DNA from: Centroscyllium fabricii
Taxonomy: Eukaryota
Length of the DNA: 64,000 nt
Direction: 5' to 3'
Assembly (NCBI GenBank): GCA_051313645.2
Contig: JBNRSN020000118.1
Location: forward strand, 1,178,001-1,242,000
Shown here piece after piece: positions 43,301 to 57,600 of this stretch. The stretch's first letter is position 1. The number at the start of each line of letters is the position of its first letter. A model generated the notes under the pieces. It worked only from the letters and a program-made list of their open reading frames with translations, searched no databases and had not been told where the DNA came from. Position numbers and translations under genes: made by a program.

Positions 43301-46300
43301 ACAGATGTTCATCATGTTGTAGTGCACACTGTGCAGATGTTCATCTTGTTGTGGTGCACAATGTACAGATGTTCATCATGTTGTGGTGCACACTTTACAG
43401 TTGTTCATCATGCTGTTGTGCACACTGTACAGATGCTCATCTTGTTGTGGTGCAAACTGTACAGATGTTCATCATGTTGTGGTACACACTGTACAGATGT
43501 TCATCATGTTGTGGTGCACACAGTACAGATGTTCATCATGTTGTGGTGCACATTGTACAGATGTTCATCATGTTGTGGTACACAATGTACAGATGTTCAT
43601 CTTATTGTGGTGCACACTGTACATATGTTCATCTTGTTGTGGTGCACACTGTACACATGTTCATCATGTTGTGGAGCACACTGTACAGATGTTCATCATG
43701 TTGTGGTGCACAATGTACAGACGTTCATCATGCTGTGGTGCACACTGTACTAATGTTCATCTTGTTGTGGTGCGCACTGTACAGATGTTCATCTTGTTGT
43801 GTTGTACACTGTACAGATGTTCATCTTGTTGTGGTGCACACTGTACAGATGTTCATCATGTTGTGGTGCACATTGTACAGATGTTCATCTTGTTGTGGTT
43901 CACATTGTACAGATGTTCACCATGTTGTGGTGCACACTGTACAGATGTTCATCTTGTTGTGGTGCACACTGTACAGATGTTCATCATGTTGTAGTGCACA
44001 CTGTGCAGATGTTCATCGTGTTGTGGTGCACACTGTACAGATGTTCATCTTGTTGTGGTGCACATTGTACAGATGTTCATCATGTTGTGGTGCATACTGT
44101 ACAGAAGTACATCTTGTTGTGGTGCACACTGTACAGATGTTCATCATGTTGTGGTGCAGACTTTACCGATGTTCATCATGCTGTTGTGCACACTGTACAG
44201 ATGCTCATCTTGTTGTGGTGCAAACTGTACAGATGTTCATCATGTTGTGGTACACACTGTACAGATGTTCATCATGTTGTGGTGCACACTGTACAGATGT
44301 TCATCTTGTTGTGGTGCACACTGTACAGATGTTCATCATGTTGTGGTGCACACTGTACAGATTTTCATCATGTTGTGGTACACACTGTACAGATGTTCAT
44401 CATGTTGTGGTGCACACTGTACAGATGTTCATCATGTTGTGGTGCACACTGTACAAATGTTCATCTTATTGTGTTGCACACTGTACAGATGGTCATCTTG
44501 TTGTGGTGCACACTGTACAGATGTTCATCATGTTGTGGTGCACACTGTACAGATTTTCATCATGTTGTGGTACACACTGTACAGATGTTCATCATGTTGT
44601 GGTGCACACTGTACAGATGTTCATCATGTTGTGGTGCACACTGTACAAATGTTCATCTTATTGTGTTGCACACTGTACAGATGTTCATCTTGTTGTGGTG
44701 CACACTGTACAGATGTTCATCATGTTGTGGTGCACACTGTACAGATGTTCATCTTGTTGTGGTGCACACTGTACAGATGTTCATCTTGTTGTGGTGCACA
44801 CTGTACAGGTGTTCATCATATTGTGGTGCACACTGTACAGATGTTCATCTTGTTGTGGAGAACACTGTACAGATGTTCATCATGTTGTGGTGCACACTGT
44901 ACAGATGTTCATCATGTTGTGGTGCACACTGTACAGATGTTCATCATGTTGTGGTTCACACTGTACAGATATTCATCATGTTGTGGTGTACATTGTTCAG
45001 ATGTTCATCATGTTGTGGTGCACACTGTACAGATGTTCATCATGTTGTGGTGCACACTGTACAGATGTTCATCATGTTGTGGTGCACAATGTACAGATGT
45101 TCATCTTGTTGTGGTGCACACTGTACAGATGTTCATCATGTTGTGGTGCACACTGTACAGATGTTCATCTTGTTGTGGTGCACACTGTACAGATGTTCAT
45201 CATGTTGTAGTGCACACTGTGCAGATGTTCATCTTGTTGTGGTGAACACTGTACAGATGTTCATCTTGTTGTGGTGCACATTGTACAGATGTTCATCATG
45301 TTGTGGTGCATACTGTACAGATGTACATCTTGTTGTGGTGCACACTGTACAGATGTTCATCATGTTGTGGTGCACACTTTACAGATGTTCATCATGCTGT
45401 TGTGCACACTGTACAGATGCTCATCTTGTTGTGGTGCAAACTGTACAGATGTTCATCATGTTGTGGTACACACTGTACAGATGTTCATCATGTTGTGGTG
45501 CACACTGTTCAGATGTTCATCTTCTTGTGGTGCACACTGAACAGATGTTAATCATGTTGTGGTGCACACTGTACAGATGTTCATCATGTTGTGGTACACA
45601 CTGTACAGATGTTCATCATGTTGTAGTGCACACTGTGCAGATGTTCATCTTGTTGTGGTGCACAATGTACAGATGTTCATCATGTTGTGGTGCACACAGT
45701 ACAGATGTTCATCATGTTGTGGTGCACACTGTACAGATGTAAATCATGTTGTGGTACACAATGTACAGATGTTCATCTTATTGTGGTGCACACTGTACAT
45801 ATGTTCATCTTGTTGTGGTGCACACTGTACAGATGTTCATCATGTTGTGGAGCACACTGTACAGATGTTCATCATGTTGTGGTGCACAATGTACAGACGT
45901 TCATCATGCTGTGGTGCACACTGTACTGATGTTCATCTTGTTGTGGTGCGCACTGTACAGATGTTCATCTTGTTGTGTTGTACACTGTACAGATGTTCAT
46001 CTTGTTGTGGTGCACACTGTACAGATGTTCATCATGTTGTGGTGCACATTGTACAGATGTTCATCTTGATGTGGTTCACATTGTACAGATGTTCACCATG
46101 TTGTGGTGCACACTGTACAGATGTTCATCTTGTTGTGGTGCACACTGTACAGATGTTCATCATGTTGTAGTGCACACTGCGCAGATGTTCATCTTGTTGT
46201 GGTGCACACTGTACAGATGTTCATCTTGTTGTGGTGCACATTATACAGATGTTCATCATGTTGTGGTGCATACTGTACAGATGTACATCTTGTTGTGGTG

Positions 46301-46700
46301 CACACTGTACAGATGTTCATCATGTTGTGGTGCACACTTTACCGATGTTCATCATGCTGTTGTGCACACTGTACAGATGCTCATCTTGTTGTGGTGCAAA
46401 CTGTACAGATGTTCATCATGTTGTGGTACACACTGTACAGATGTTCATCATGTTGTGGTGCACACTGTACAGATGTTCACCTTGTTGTGGTGCACACTGT
46501 ACAGATGTTCATCATGTTGTGGTGCACACTGTACAGATGTTCATCATGTTGTGGTACACACTTTACAGATGTTCATCATGTTGTGGTGCACACTGTACAG
46601 ATGTTCATCATGTTGTGGTGCACACTGTACAAATGTTCATCTTATTGTGTTGCACACTGTACAGATGTTCATCTTGTTGTGGTGCACACTGTACAGATGT
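37400..46700 (+). repeat. Cluster of related 1.4-2.3 kb units (spacings 1440, 2111, 1376 and 2304 bp)
   Basis: The marker CTGTTCAG...CTTCTTG...CTGAACAG occurs at 38274, 39714, 41825, 43201 and 45505 with shared flanking variants. Confidence 0.85.
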
Positions 46701-49700
46701 TCAACATGTTGTGGTGCACACTGTACAGATGTTCATCATGTTGTGGTGCACACTGTACAGATGTTCATCTTGTTGTGGTGCACACTGTACAGGATGTTCA
46801 TCATGTTGTGGTGCACACTGTAAAGATGTTCATCATATTGTGGTACACACTGTACAGATGTTTATCATGTTGTGGTGCACACTGTACAGATGTTCATCAT
46901 GTTGTGGTGCACACTGTACAAATGTTCATCTTATTGTGTTGCACACTGTACAGATGTTCATCTTGTTGTGGTGCACACTGTACAGATGTTCATCATGTTG
47001 TGGTGCACACTGTACAGATGTTCATCTTGCTGTGGTGCACACTGTACAGATGTTCATCTTGTTGTGGTGCACACTGTACAGATGTTCATCATATTGTGGT
47101 GCACACTGTACAGATGTTCATCTTGTTGTGGTGCACACTGTACAGATGTTTATCTTGTTGTGGTGCACACTGTACAGATGTTCATCATGTTGTGGTGCAC
47201 ACTGTACAGATGTTCATCATGTTGTGGTGCACACTGTACAGATGTTCATCATGTTGTGGTGCACATTGTTCAGATGTTCATCATGTTGTGGTGCACACTG
47301 TACTGATGTTCATCATGTTGTGGTGCACACTGAACAGATGTTCATCCTGTTGTGATGCACAATGTACAGATGTTCATCTTGTTGTGGTGCACACTGTACA
47401 GATGTTCAACATGTTGTGGTGCACACTGTACAGATGTTCATCATGTTGTGGTGCACACTGTACAGATATTCAACATGTTGTGGTGCACACTGTACAGATG
47501 TTCATCATGTTGTGGTGCACACTGTACAGATGTTCATCATGTTGTTGTGCACAATGTACAGATGTTCATCTTGTTGTGGTGCTCACTGTACAGATGTTCA
47601 GCATGTTGTGGTGCACATTGTACAGATGTTCATCATGTTGTGGTGCACACTGTACAGATGTTCATCATGTTGTGGTGCACACTGTACAGATGTTCATCAT
47701 GTTGTGGTGCACACTGTAGAGATGTTCATCTTGTTGTGGTGCACACTGTACAGATGTTCATCATGTTGTGGTGCACACTGTACAGATGTTCATCATGTTG
47801 TGGTGCACACTGTACAGATGTTCATCATGTTGTGGTGCACACTGTTCAGATGTTCATCATGTTGTGGTGCACACTGTACAAATGTTCATCTTATTGTGTT
47901 GCACACTGTACAGATTTTCATCTTGTTGTGTTGCACACTGTACAGATGTTCATCATGTTGTGGTGCACACTTTACAGATGTTCATCTTGTTGTGGTGCAC
48001 ACTGTACAGATGTTCATCTTGTTGTGGTGCACACTGTACAGATGTTCATCATGTTGTAGTGCTCACTGTGCAGATGTTCATCTTGTTGTGGTGCACACTG
48101 TACAGATGTTCATCTTGTTGTGGTGCACACTGTACAGATGTTCATCATGTTGTGGTGCACACTGTAGAGATGTTCATCATTTTGTAGTGCACACTGTTCA
48201 GATGTTCATCTTGTTGTGGTGCACATTGTACAGAAGTTCATCATGTTGTGGTGCATACTGTACGGATGTACATCTTGTTGTGGTGCACACTGTACAGATG
48301 TGCATCATGTTGTGGTGCACACTTTACAGATGTTCATCATGCTGTTGTGCACACTGTACAGATGCTCATCTTGTTGTGGTGCAAACTGTACAGATGTTCA
48401 TCATGTTGTGGTACACACTGTACAGATGTTCATCATGTTGTGGTGCACACTGTACAGATGTTCATCTTGTTGTGGTGCACACTGTACAGATGTTCATCAT
48501 GTTGTGGTGCACACTGTAGAGATGTTCATCATTTTGTAGTGCACACTGTTCAGATGTTCATCTTGTTGTGGTGCACACTGTACAGATGTTCATCTTGTTG
48601 TGGTGCACATTTTACAGATGTTCATCATGTTGTGGTGCATATTGTACAGATGTACATCATGTTGTGGTGCACACTGTACAGATGTTCATCATGTTGTGGT
48701 GCACACTTAACAGATGTTCATCATGCTGTTGTGCACACTGTACAGATGCTCATCTTGTTGTGGTGCAAACTGTACAGATGTTCATCATGTTGTGGTACAC
48801 ACTGTACAGATGTTCATCATGTTGTGGTGCACACAGTACAGATGTTCATCATGTTGTGGTGCACACTGTACAGATGTTCATCATGTTGTGGTACACACTG
48901 TACAGATGTCCATCTTATTGTGGTGCACAATGTACATATGTTCATCTTGTTGTGGTGCACACTGTACAGATGTTCATCATGTTGTGGAGCACACTGTACA
49001 GATGTTCATCATGTTGTGGTGCACAATGTACAGACGTTCATCATGTTGTGGTGCACACTGTACAGATGTTCATCTTGTTGTGGTGCGCACTGTACAGATG
49101 TTCATCATGTTGTGTTGCACACTGTACAGATGTTCATCTTGTTGTGGTGCACACTGTACAGATGTTCATCATGTTGTGGTGCACATTTTACAGATGTTGA
49201 TCTTGTTGTGTTTCACATTGTACAGATGTTCACCATGTTGTGGTGCACATTTTACAGATGTTCATCTTGTTGTGGTGCACACTGTACAGATGTTCATCAT
49301 GTTGTAGTGCACACTGTGCAGATGTTCATCTTGTTGTGGTGCACACTGTACAGATGTTCATCTTGTTGTGGTGCACATTGTACAGATGTTCATCATGTTG
49401 TGGTGCATACTGTACAGATGTACATCTTGTTCTGGTGCACACTGTACAGATGTTCATCATGTTGTGGTGCACACTTTACAGATGTTCATCATGCTGTTGT
49501 TCACACTGTACAGATGTTCATCATGTTGTGGTGCACACAGTACAGATGTTCACCTTGTTGTGGTGCACACTGTACAGATGTTCATCATGTTGTGCTGCAC
49601 ACTTTACAGATGTTCGTCATGTTGTGGTACACACTGTACAGATGTTCATCATGTTGTGGTGCATACTGTACAGATGTTCATCATGTTGTGGTGCACACTG

Positions 49701-49809
49701 TACAAATGTTCATCTTATTGTGTTGCACACTGTACAGATGTTCATCTTGTTGTGGTGCACACTTTACAGATGTTCATCTTGTTGTGGTGCACACTGTACA
49801 GATGTCACC

Positions 49810-52440
49810 TTGTTGTGGTGCACACTGTACAGGTGTTCATCATGTTGTGGTGCACATTGTACAGATGTTCATCTTGTTGTGGTTCGCATTGTACAGATGT
49901 TCACCATGTTGTGGTGCACACTGTACAGATGTTCATCTTGTTGTGGTGCACACTGTACAGATGTTCATCATGTTGTAGTGCACACTGTGCAGATGTTCAT
50001 CTTGTTGTGGTGCACACTGTACAGATGTTCATCTTGTTGTGGTGCACATTGTACAGATTTTCATCATTTTGTGGTGCATACTGTACAGATGTACATCTTG
50101 TTGTGGTGCACACTGTACAGATGTTCATCATGCTGTGGTGCACACTTTACAGATGTTCATCATGCTGTTGTTCACAGTGTACAGATGCTCATCTTGTTGT
50201 GGTGCAAACTGTACAGATGTTCATCATGTTGTGGTACACACTGTACAGATGTTCATCATGTTATGGTGCACACTGTACAGATGTTCATCTTGTTGTGGTG
50301 CACACTGTACAGATGTTCATCATGTTGTGGTGCACACTGTACAGATGTTCATCATGTTGTGGTACACACTGTTCAGATGTTCATCATGTTGTGGTGCACA
50401 CTGTACAGATGTTCATCATGTTGTGGTGCACACTGTACAAATGCTCATCTTATTGTGATGCACACTGTACATATGTTCATCTTGTTGTGGTGCACACTGT
50501 ACAGATGTTCATCATGTTGTGGTGCACACTGTACAGTTGTTCATCTTGTTGTGGTGCACATTGTACAGATGTTCATCATGTTGTGGTGCACACTGTACAG
50601 ATGTTCATCATGTTGTGGTGCACACTGTACAGATGTTCATCATGTTGTGGTGCACACTGTAGAGATGTTCATCTTGTTGTGGTGCACACTGTACAGATGT
50701 TCATCATGTTGTGGTGCACACTGTACAGATGTTCATCATGTTGTGGTGCACACTGTACAGATGTTCATCATGTTGTGGTGCACACTGTTCAGATGTTCAT
50801 CATGTTGTGGTGCACACTGTACAAATGTTCATCTTATTGTGTTGCACACTGTACAGATTTTCACCTTGTTGTGTTCCACGCTGTACAGATGTTCATCATG
50901 TTGTGGTGCACACTGTACAGATGTTCATCTTGTTGTGGTGCACACTGTACAGATGTTCATCTTGTTGTGGTGCACACTGTACAGATGTTCATCATGTTGT
51001 AGTGCACACTGTGCAGATGTTCATCTTATTGTGGTGCACACTGTACAGATGTTCATCTTGTTGTGGTGCACACTGTACAGATGTTCATCATGTTGTGGTG
51101 CATACTGTACAGATGTACATCTTGTTCTGGTGCACACTGTACAGATGTTCATCATGTTGTGGTGCACAATTTACAGATGTTCATCATGCTGTTGTGCACA
51201 CTGTACAGATGCTCATCTTGTTGTGGTGCGAACTGTACAGATGTTCATCATGTTGTGGTACACACTGTACAGATGTTCATCATGTTGTGGTGCACACTGT
51301 ACAGATGTTCACCTTGTTGTGGTGCACACTGTACAGATGTTCATCATGTTGTGCTGCACACTTTACAGATGTTCATCATGTTGTGGTACACACTGTACAG
51401 ATGTTCATCATGTTGTGGTGCATACTGTACAGATGTTCATCATGTTGTGGTGCACACTGTACAAATGTTCATCTTATTGTGTTGCACACTGTACAGATGT
51501 TCATCTTGTTGTGGTGCACACTGTACAGATGTTCATCTTGTTGTGGTGCACACTGTACAGATGTTCACCTTGTTGTGGTGCACACTGTACAGATGTTCAT
51601 CATGTTGTGGTGCACATTGTACAGATGTTCATCTTGTTGTGGTTCGCATTGTACAGATGTTCACCATGTTGTGGTGCACACTGTACAGATGTTCATCTTG
51701 TTGTGGTGCACACTGTACAGATGTTCATCATGTTGTAGTGCACACTGTGCAGATGTTCATCTTGTTGTGGTGCACACTGTACAGATGTTCATCTTGTTGT
51801 GGTGCACATTGTACAGATTTTCATCATGTTGTGGTGCATACTGTACAGATGTACATCTTGTTGTGGTGCTCACTGTACAGATGTTCATCATGCTGTGGTG
51901 CACACTTTACAGATGTTCATCATGCTGTTGTTCACAGTGTACAGATGCTCAACTTGTTGTGGTGCAAACTTTACAGATGTTCATCATGTTGTGGTACACA
52001 CTGTACAGATGTTCATCATGTTGTGGTGCACACTGTACAGATGTTCATCTTGTTGTGGTGCACACTGTACAGATGTTCATCATGTTGTGGTGCACACTGT
52101 ACAGATGTTCATCATGTTGTGGTACACACTGTTCAGATGTTCATCATGTTGTGGTGCACACTGTACAGATGTTCATCATGTTGTGGTGCACACTGTACAA
52201 ATGCTCATCTTATTGTGTTGCACACTGTACAGATGTTCATCTTGTTGTGGTGCACACTGTACAGATGTTCATCATGTTGTGGTGCACACTGTACAGATGT
52301 TCATCTTGTTGTGGTGCACATTGTACAGATGTTCATCATGTTGTGGTGCACACTGTACAGATGTTCATCATGTTGTGGTGCACACTGTACAGATGTTCAT
52401 CATGTTGTGGTGCACACTGTAGAGATGCTCATCTTGTTGT
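49810..52440 (+). repeat. Duplication of about 0.9 kb, offset 1760 bp (55 monomers)
   Basis: GGTTCGCATT at about 49881/51641, ORFs 50039/51799, TTCACAGTG at 50171/51931. Confidence 0.82.
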
Positions 52441-53820
52441 GGTGCACACTGTACAGATGTTCATCATGTTGTGGTGCACACTGTACAGATTTTCATCTTG
52501 TTGTGTTCCACGCTGTACAGATGTTCATCATGTTGTGGTGCACACTGTACAGATGTTCATCTTGTTGTGGTGCACACTGTACAGATGTTCATCTTGTTGT
52601 GGTGCACACTGTACAGATGTTCATCATGTTGTAGTGCACACTGTGCAGATGTTCATCTTGTTGTGGTGCACACTGTACAGATGTTCATCTTGTTGTGGTG
52701 CACACTGTACAGATGTTCACCTTGTTGTGGTGCACACTGTACAGATGTTCATCATGTTGTGGTGCACATTGTACAGATGTTCATCTTGTTGTGGTTCGCA
52801 TTGTACAGATGTTCACCATGTTGTGGTGCACACTGTACAGATGGTCATCTTGTTGTGGTGCACACTGTACAGATGTTCATCTTGTTGTGGTGCACATTGT
52901 ACAGATGTTCATCATGTTGTGGTGCATACTGTACAGATGGACTTCTTGTTGTGGTGCACACTGTACAGATGTTCATCATGCTGTGGTGCACACTTTACAG
53001 ATGTTCATCATGCTGTTGTTCACACTGTACAGATGCTAATCTTGTTGTGGTGCAAACTGTACAGATGTTCATCATGTTGTGGTACACACTGTACAGATGT
53101 TCATCATGTTGTGGTGCACACTGTAGAGATGCTCATCTTGTTGTGGTGCACACTGTACAGATGTTCATCATGTTGTGGTGCACACTGTACAGATTTTCAT
53201 CTTGTTGTGTTCCACGCTGTACAGATGTTCATCATGTTGTGGTGCACACTGTACAGATGTTCATCTTGTTGTGGTGCACACTGTACAGATGTTCATCTTG
53301 TTGTGGTGCACACTGTACAGATGTTCATCATGTTGTAGTGCACACTGTGCAGATGTTCATCTTGTTGTGGTGCACACTGTACAGATGTTCATCTTGTTGT
53401 GGTGCACACTGTACAGATGTTCACCTTGTTGTGGTGCACACTGTACAGATGTTCATCATGTTGTGGTGCACATTGTACAGATGTTCATCTTGTTGTGGTT
53501 CGCATTGTACAGATGTTCACCATGTTGTGGTGCACACTGTACAGATGGTCATCTTGTTGTGGTGCACACTGTACAGATGTTCATCTTGTTGTGGTGCACA
53601 TTGTACAGATGTTCATCATGTTGTGGTGCATACTGTACAGATGGACTTCTTGTTGTGGTGCACACTGTACAGATGTTCATCATGCTGTGGTGCACACTTT
53701 ACAGATGTTCATCATGCTGTTGTTCACACTGTACAGATGCTAATCTTGTTGTGGTGCAAACTGTACAGATGTTCATCATGTTGTGGTACACACTGTACAG
53801 ATGTTCATCATGTTGTGGTG
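52410..53820 (+). repeat. Apparently perfect tandem duplication, unit 704 bp (22 monomers)
   Basis: ORFs 52695..53039 and 53399..53743 are identical. Private variants GATGGACTTC and GCTAATC occur in both copies. Confidence 0.92.
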
Positions 53821-54619
53821 CACACTGTACAGATGTTCATCTTGTTGTGGTGCACACTGTACAGATGTTCATCATGTTGTGGTGCACACTGTACAGATGT
53901 TCATCATGTTGTGGTACACACTGTACAGATGTTCATCATTGTGTGGTGCACACTGTACAGATGTTCATCATGTTGTGGTGCACACTGTACAAATGCTCAT
54001 CTTATTGTGTTGCACACTGTACAGATGTTCTTCTTGTTGTGGTGCACACTGTACAGATGTTCATCATGTTGTGGTGCACACTGTACAGATGTTCATCTTG
54101 CTGTGGTGCACATTGTACAGATGTTCATCATGTTGTGGTGCACACTGTACAGATGTTCATCATGTTGTGGTGCACACTGTACAGATGTTCATCATGTTGT
54201 GGTGCACACTGTAGAGATGTTCATCTTGTTGTGGTGCACACTGTACAGATGTTCATCATGTTGTGGTGCACACTGTACAGATGTTCATCATGTTGTGGTG
54301 CACACTGTACAGATGTTCATCATGTTGTGGTGCACACTGTTCAGATGTTCATCATGTTGTGGTGCACACTGTACAAATGTTCATCTTATTGTGTTGCACA
54401 CTGTACAGATTTTCATCTTGTTGTGTTTCACACTGTACAGATGTTCATCATGTTGTGGTGCACACTGTACAGATGTTCATCTTGTTGTGGTGCACACTGT
54501 ACAGATGTTCATCTTGTTGTGGTGCACACTGTACAGATGTTCATCATGTTGTAGTGCACACTGTGCAGATGTTCATCTTGTTGTGGTGCACACTGTACAG
54601 ATGTTCATCTTGTTGTGGT

Positions 54620-57600
54620 GCACATTGTACAGAAGTTCATCATGTTGTGGTGCATACTGTACAGATGTACATCTTGTTGTGGTGCACACTGTACAGATGT
54701 GCATCATGTTGTGGTGCACACTTTACTGATGTTCATCATGCTGTTGTGCACACTGTACAGATGCTCATCTTGTTGTGGTGCAAACTGTACAGATGTTCAT
54801 CATGTTGTGGTACACCCTGTACAGATGTTCATCATGTTGTGGTGCACACTGTACAGATGTTCATCTTGTTGTGGTGCCCACTGTACAGATGTTCATCATG
54901 TTGTGGTGCACAATGTACAGATGTTCATCATTTTGTAGTGCACACTGTGCAGATGTTCATCTTGTTGTGTTGCACACTCTACAGATGTTCATCTTGTTGT
55001 GGTGCACATTGTACAGATGTTAATCATGTTGTGGTGCATATTGTACAGATGTACATCTTGTTGTGGTGCACACTGTACAGATGTTCATCATGTTGTGGTG
55101 CACACTTTACAGATGTTCATCATGCTGTTGTGCACACTGTACAGATGCTCATCTTGTTGTGGTGCAAACTGTACAGATGTTCATCATGTTGTGGTACACA
55201 CTGTACAGATGTTCATCATGTTGTGGTGCACACAGTACAGATGTTCATCATGTTGTGGTGCACACTGTACAGATGTTCATCATGTTGTGGTGCACACTGC
55301 ACAGATGTTCATCATGTTGTGGTGCACACTGTACATATGTTCATCTTGTTGTGGTGCACACTGTACAGATGTTCATCATGTTGTGGAGCACACTGTACAG
55401 ATGTTCATCATGTTGTGGTGCACAATGTACAGACGTTCATCATGTTGTGGTGCACACTGTACAGATGTTCATCTTGTTGTGGTGCGCACTGTACAGATGT
55501 TCATCATGTTGTGTTGCACACTGTACAGATGTTCATCTTGTTGTGGTGCACACTGTACAGATGTTCATCATGTTGTCGTGCACACTGTACAGATGTTCAT
55601 CATGTTGTGGTGCACACTGTACAGATGTTCATCATGTTGTGGTGCACACTGTACAGATGTTCATCATGTTGTGGTGCACATTGTACAGATGGTCATCATG
55701 TTGTGGTGCACACTGTACAGATGTTCATCATGTTGTTGTGCACACAGTACAGGTGTTCATCATGTTGTGGTGCACAATGTACAGATGTTCATCTTGTTGT
55801 GGTGCACACTGTACAGATGTTCATCATGTTGTGGTGCACTCTGTACAGATGTTCATCATGTTGTGGTGCACATTTTACAGATGTTCAACATGTTGTGATG
55901 CACACTGTACAGATTTTCATCATGTTGTGGTGCACACTGTACAGTTGTTCATCATGTTGTTGCGCACAATGTACAGATGTTCATCTTGTTGTGGTGCACA
56001 CTGTACAGATGTTCATCATGTTGTGGTGCACATTGTACAGATGTTCATCATGTTGTGGTGCACACTGTACAGATGTTCATCATGTTGTGGTGCACACTGT
56101 ACAGATGTCCATCTTGTTGTGGTGCACACTGTACAGATGTTCATCTTGTTGTGGTGCACACTGTACAGATGTTCATCATATTGTGGTGCACACTGTACAG
56201 ATGTTAATCTTGTTGTGGGGCACACTGTACAGATGTTCATCATGTTGTGGTGCACACTGTACAGATGTTCATCATGTTGTGTTGCACACTGTACAGATGT
56301 TCACCTTTTTTGGTGCACACTGTACAGATGCTCATCTTGTTGTGGTGCAAACTGTACAGATGTTCATCATGTTGTGGTGCACAATGTACAGATGTTCATC
56401 ATGTTGTGGTGCACACTGTACAGATGTTCATCTTGTTGTGGTGCGCACTGTACAGATGTTCATCATGTTGTGTTGCACACTGTACAGATGTTCATCTTGT
56501 TGTGGTACACACTGTACAGATGTTCATCATGTTGTGGTGCACATTTTACAGATGTTGATCTTGTTGTGTTTCACATTGTACAGATGTTCATCTTGTTGTG
56601 GTGCACATTGTACAGATGTTCATCATGTTGTGGTGCATACTGTACAGATGTACATCTTGTACTGGTGCACACTGTACAGATGTTCATCATGTTGTGGTGC
56701 ACACTTTACAGATGTTCATCATGCTGTTGTGCACACTGTACAGATGCTCATCTTGTTGTGGTGCAAACTGAACAGATGTTCATCATGTTGTGGTACACAT
56801 TGTACAGAAGTTCATCATGTTGTGGTGCATACTGTACAGATGTACATCTTGTTGTGGTGCACACTGTACAGATGTGCATCATGTTGTGGTGCACACTTTA
56901 CTGATGTTCATCATGCTGTTGTGCACACTGTACAGATGCTCATCTTGTTGTGGTGCAAACTGTACAGATGTTCATCATGTTGTGGTACACCCTGTACAGA
57001 TGTTCATCATGTTGTGGTGCACACTGTACAGATGTTCATCTTGTTGTGGTGCCCACTGTACAGATGTTCATCATGTTGTGGTGCACAATGTACAGATGTT
57101 CATCATTTTGTAGTGCACACTGTGCAGATGTTCATCTTGTTGTGTTGCACACTCTACAGATGTTCATCTTGTTGTGGTGCACATTGTACAGATGTTAATC
57201 ATGTTGTGGTGCATATTGTACAGATGTACATCTTGTTGTGGTGCACACTGTACAGATGTTCATCATGTTGTGGTGCACACTTTACAGATGTTCATCATGC
57301 TGTTGTGCACACTGTACAGATGCTCATCTTGTTGTGGTGCAAACTGTACAGATGTTCATCATGTTGTGGTACACACTGTACAGATGTTCATCATGTTGTG
57401 GTGCACACAGTACAGATGTTCATCATGTTGTGGTGCACACTGTACAGATGTTCATCATGTTGTGGTGCACACTGCACAGATGTTCATCATGTTGTGGTGC
57501 ACACTGTACATATGTTCATCTTGTTGTGGTGCACACTGTACAGATGTTCATCATGTTGTGGAGCACACTGTACAGATGTTCATCATGTTGTGGTGCACAA

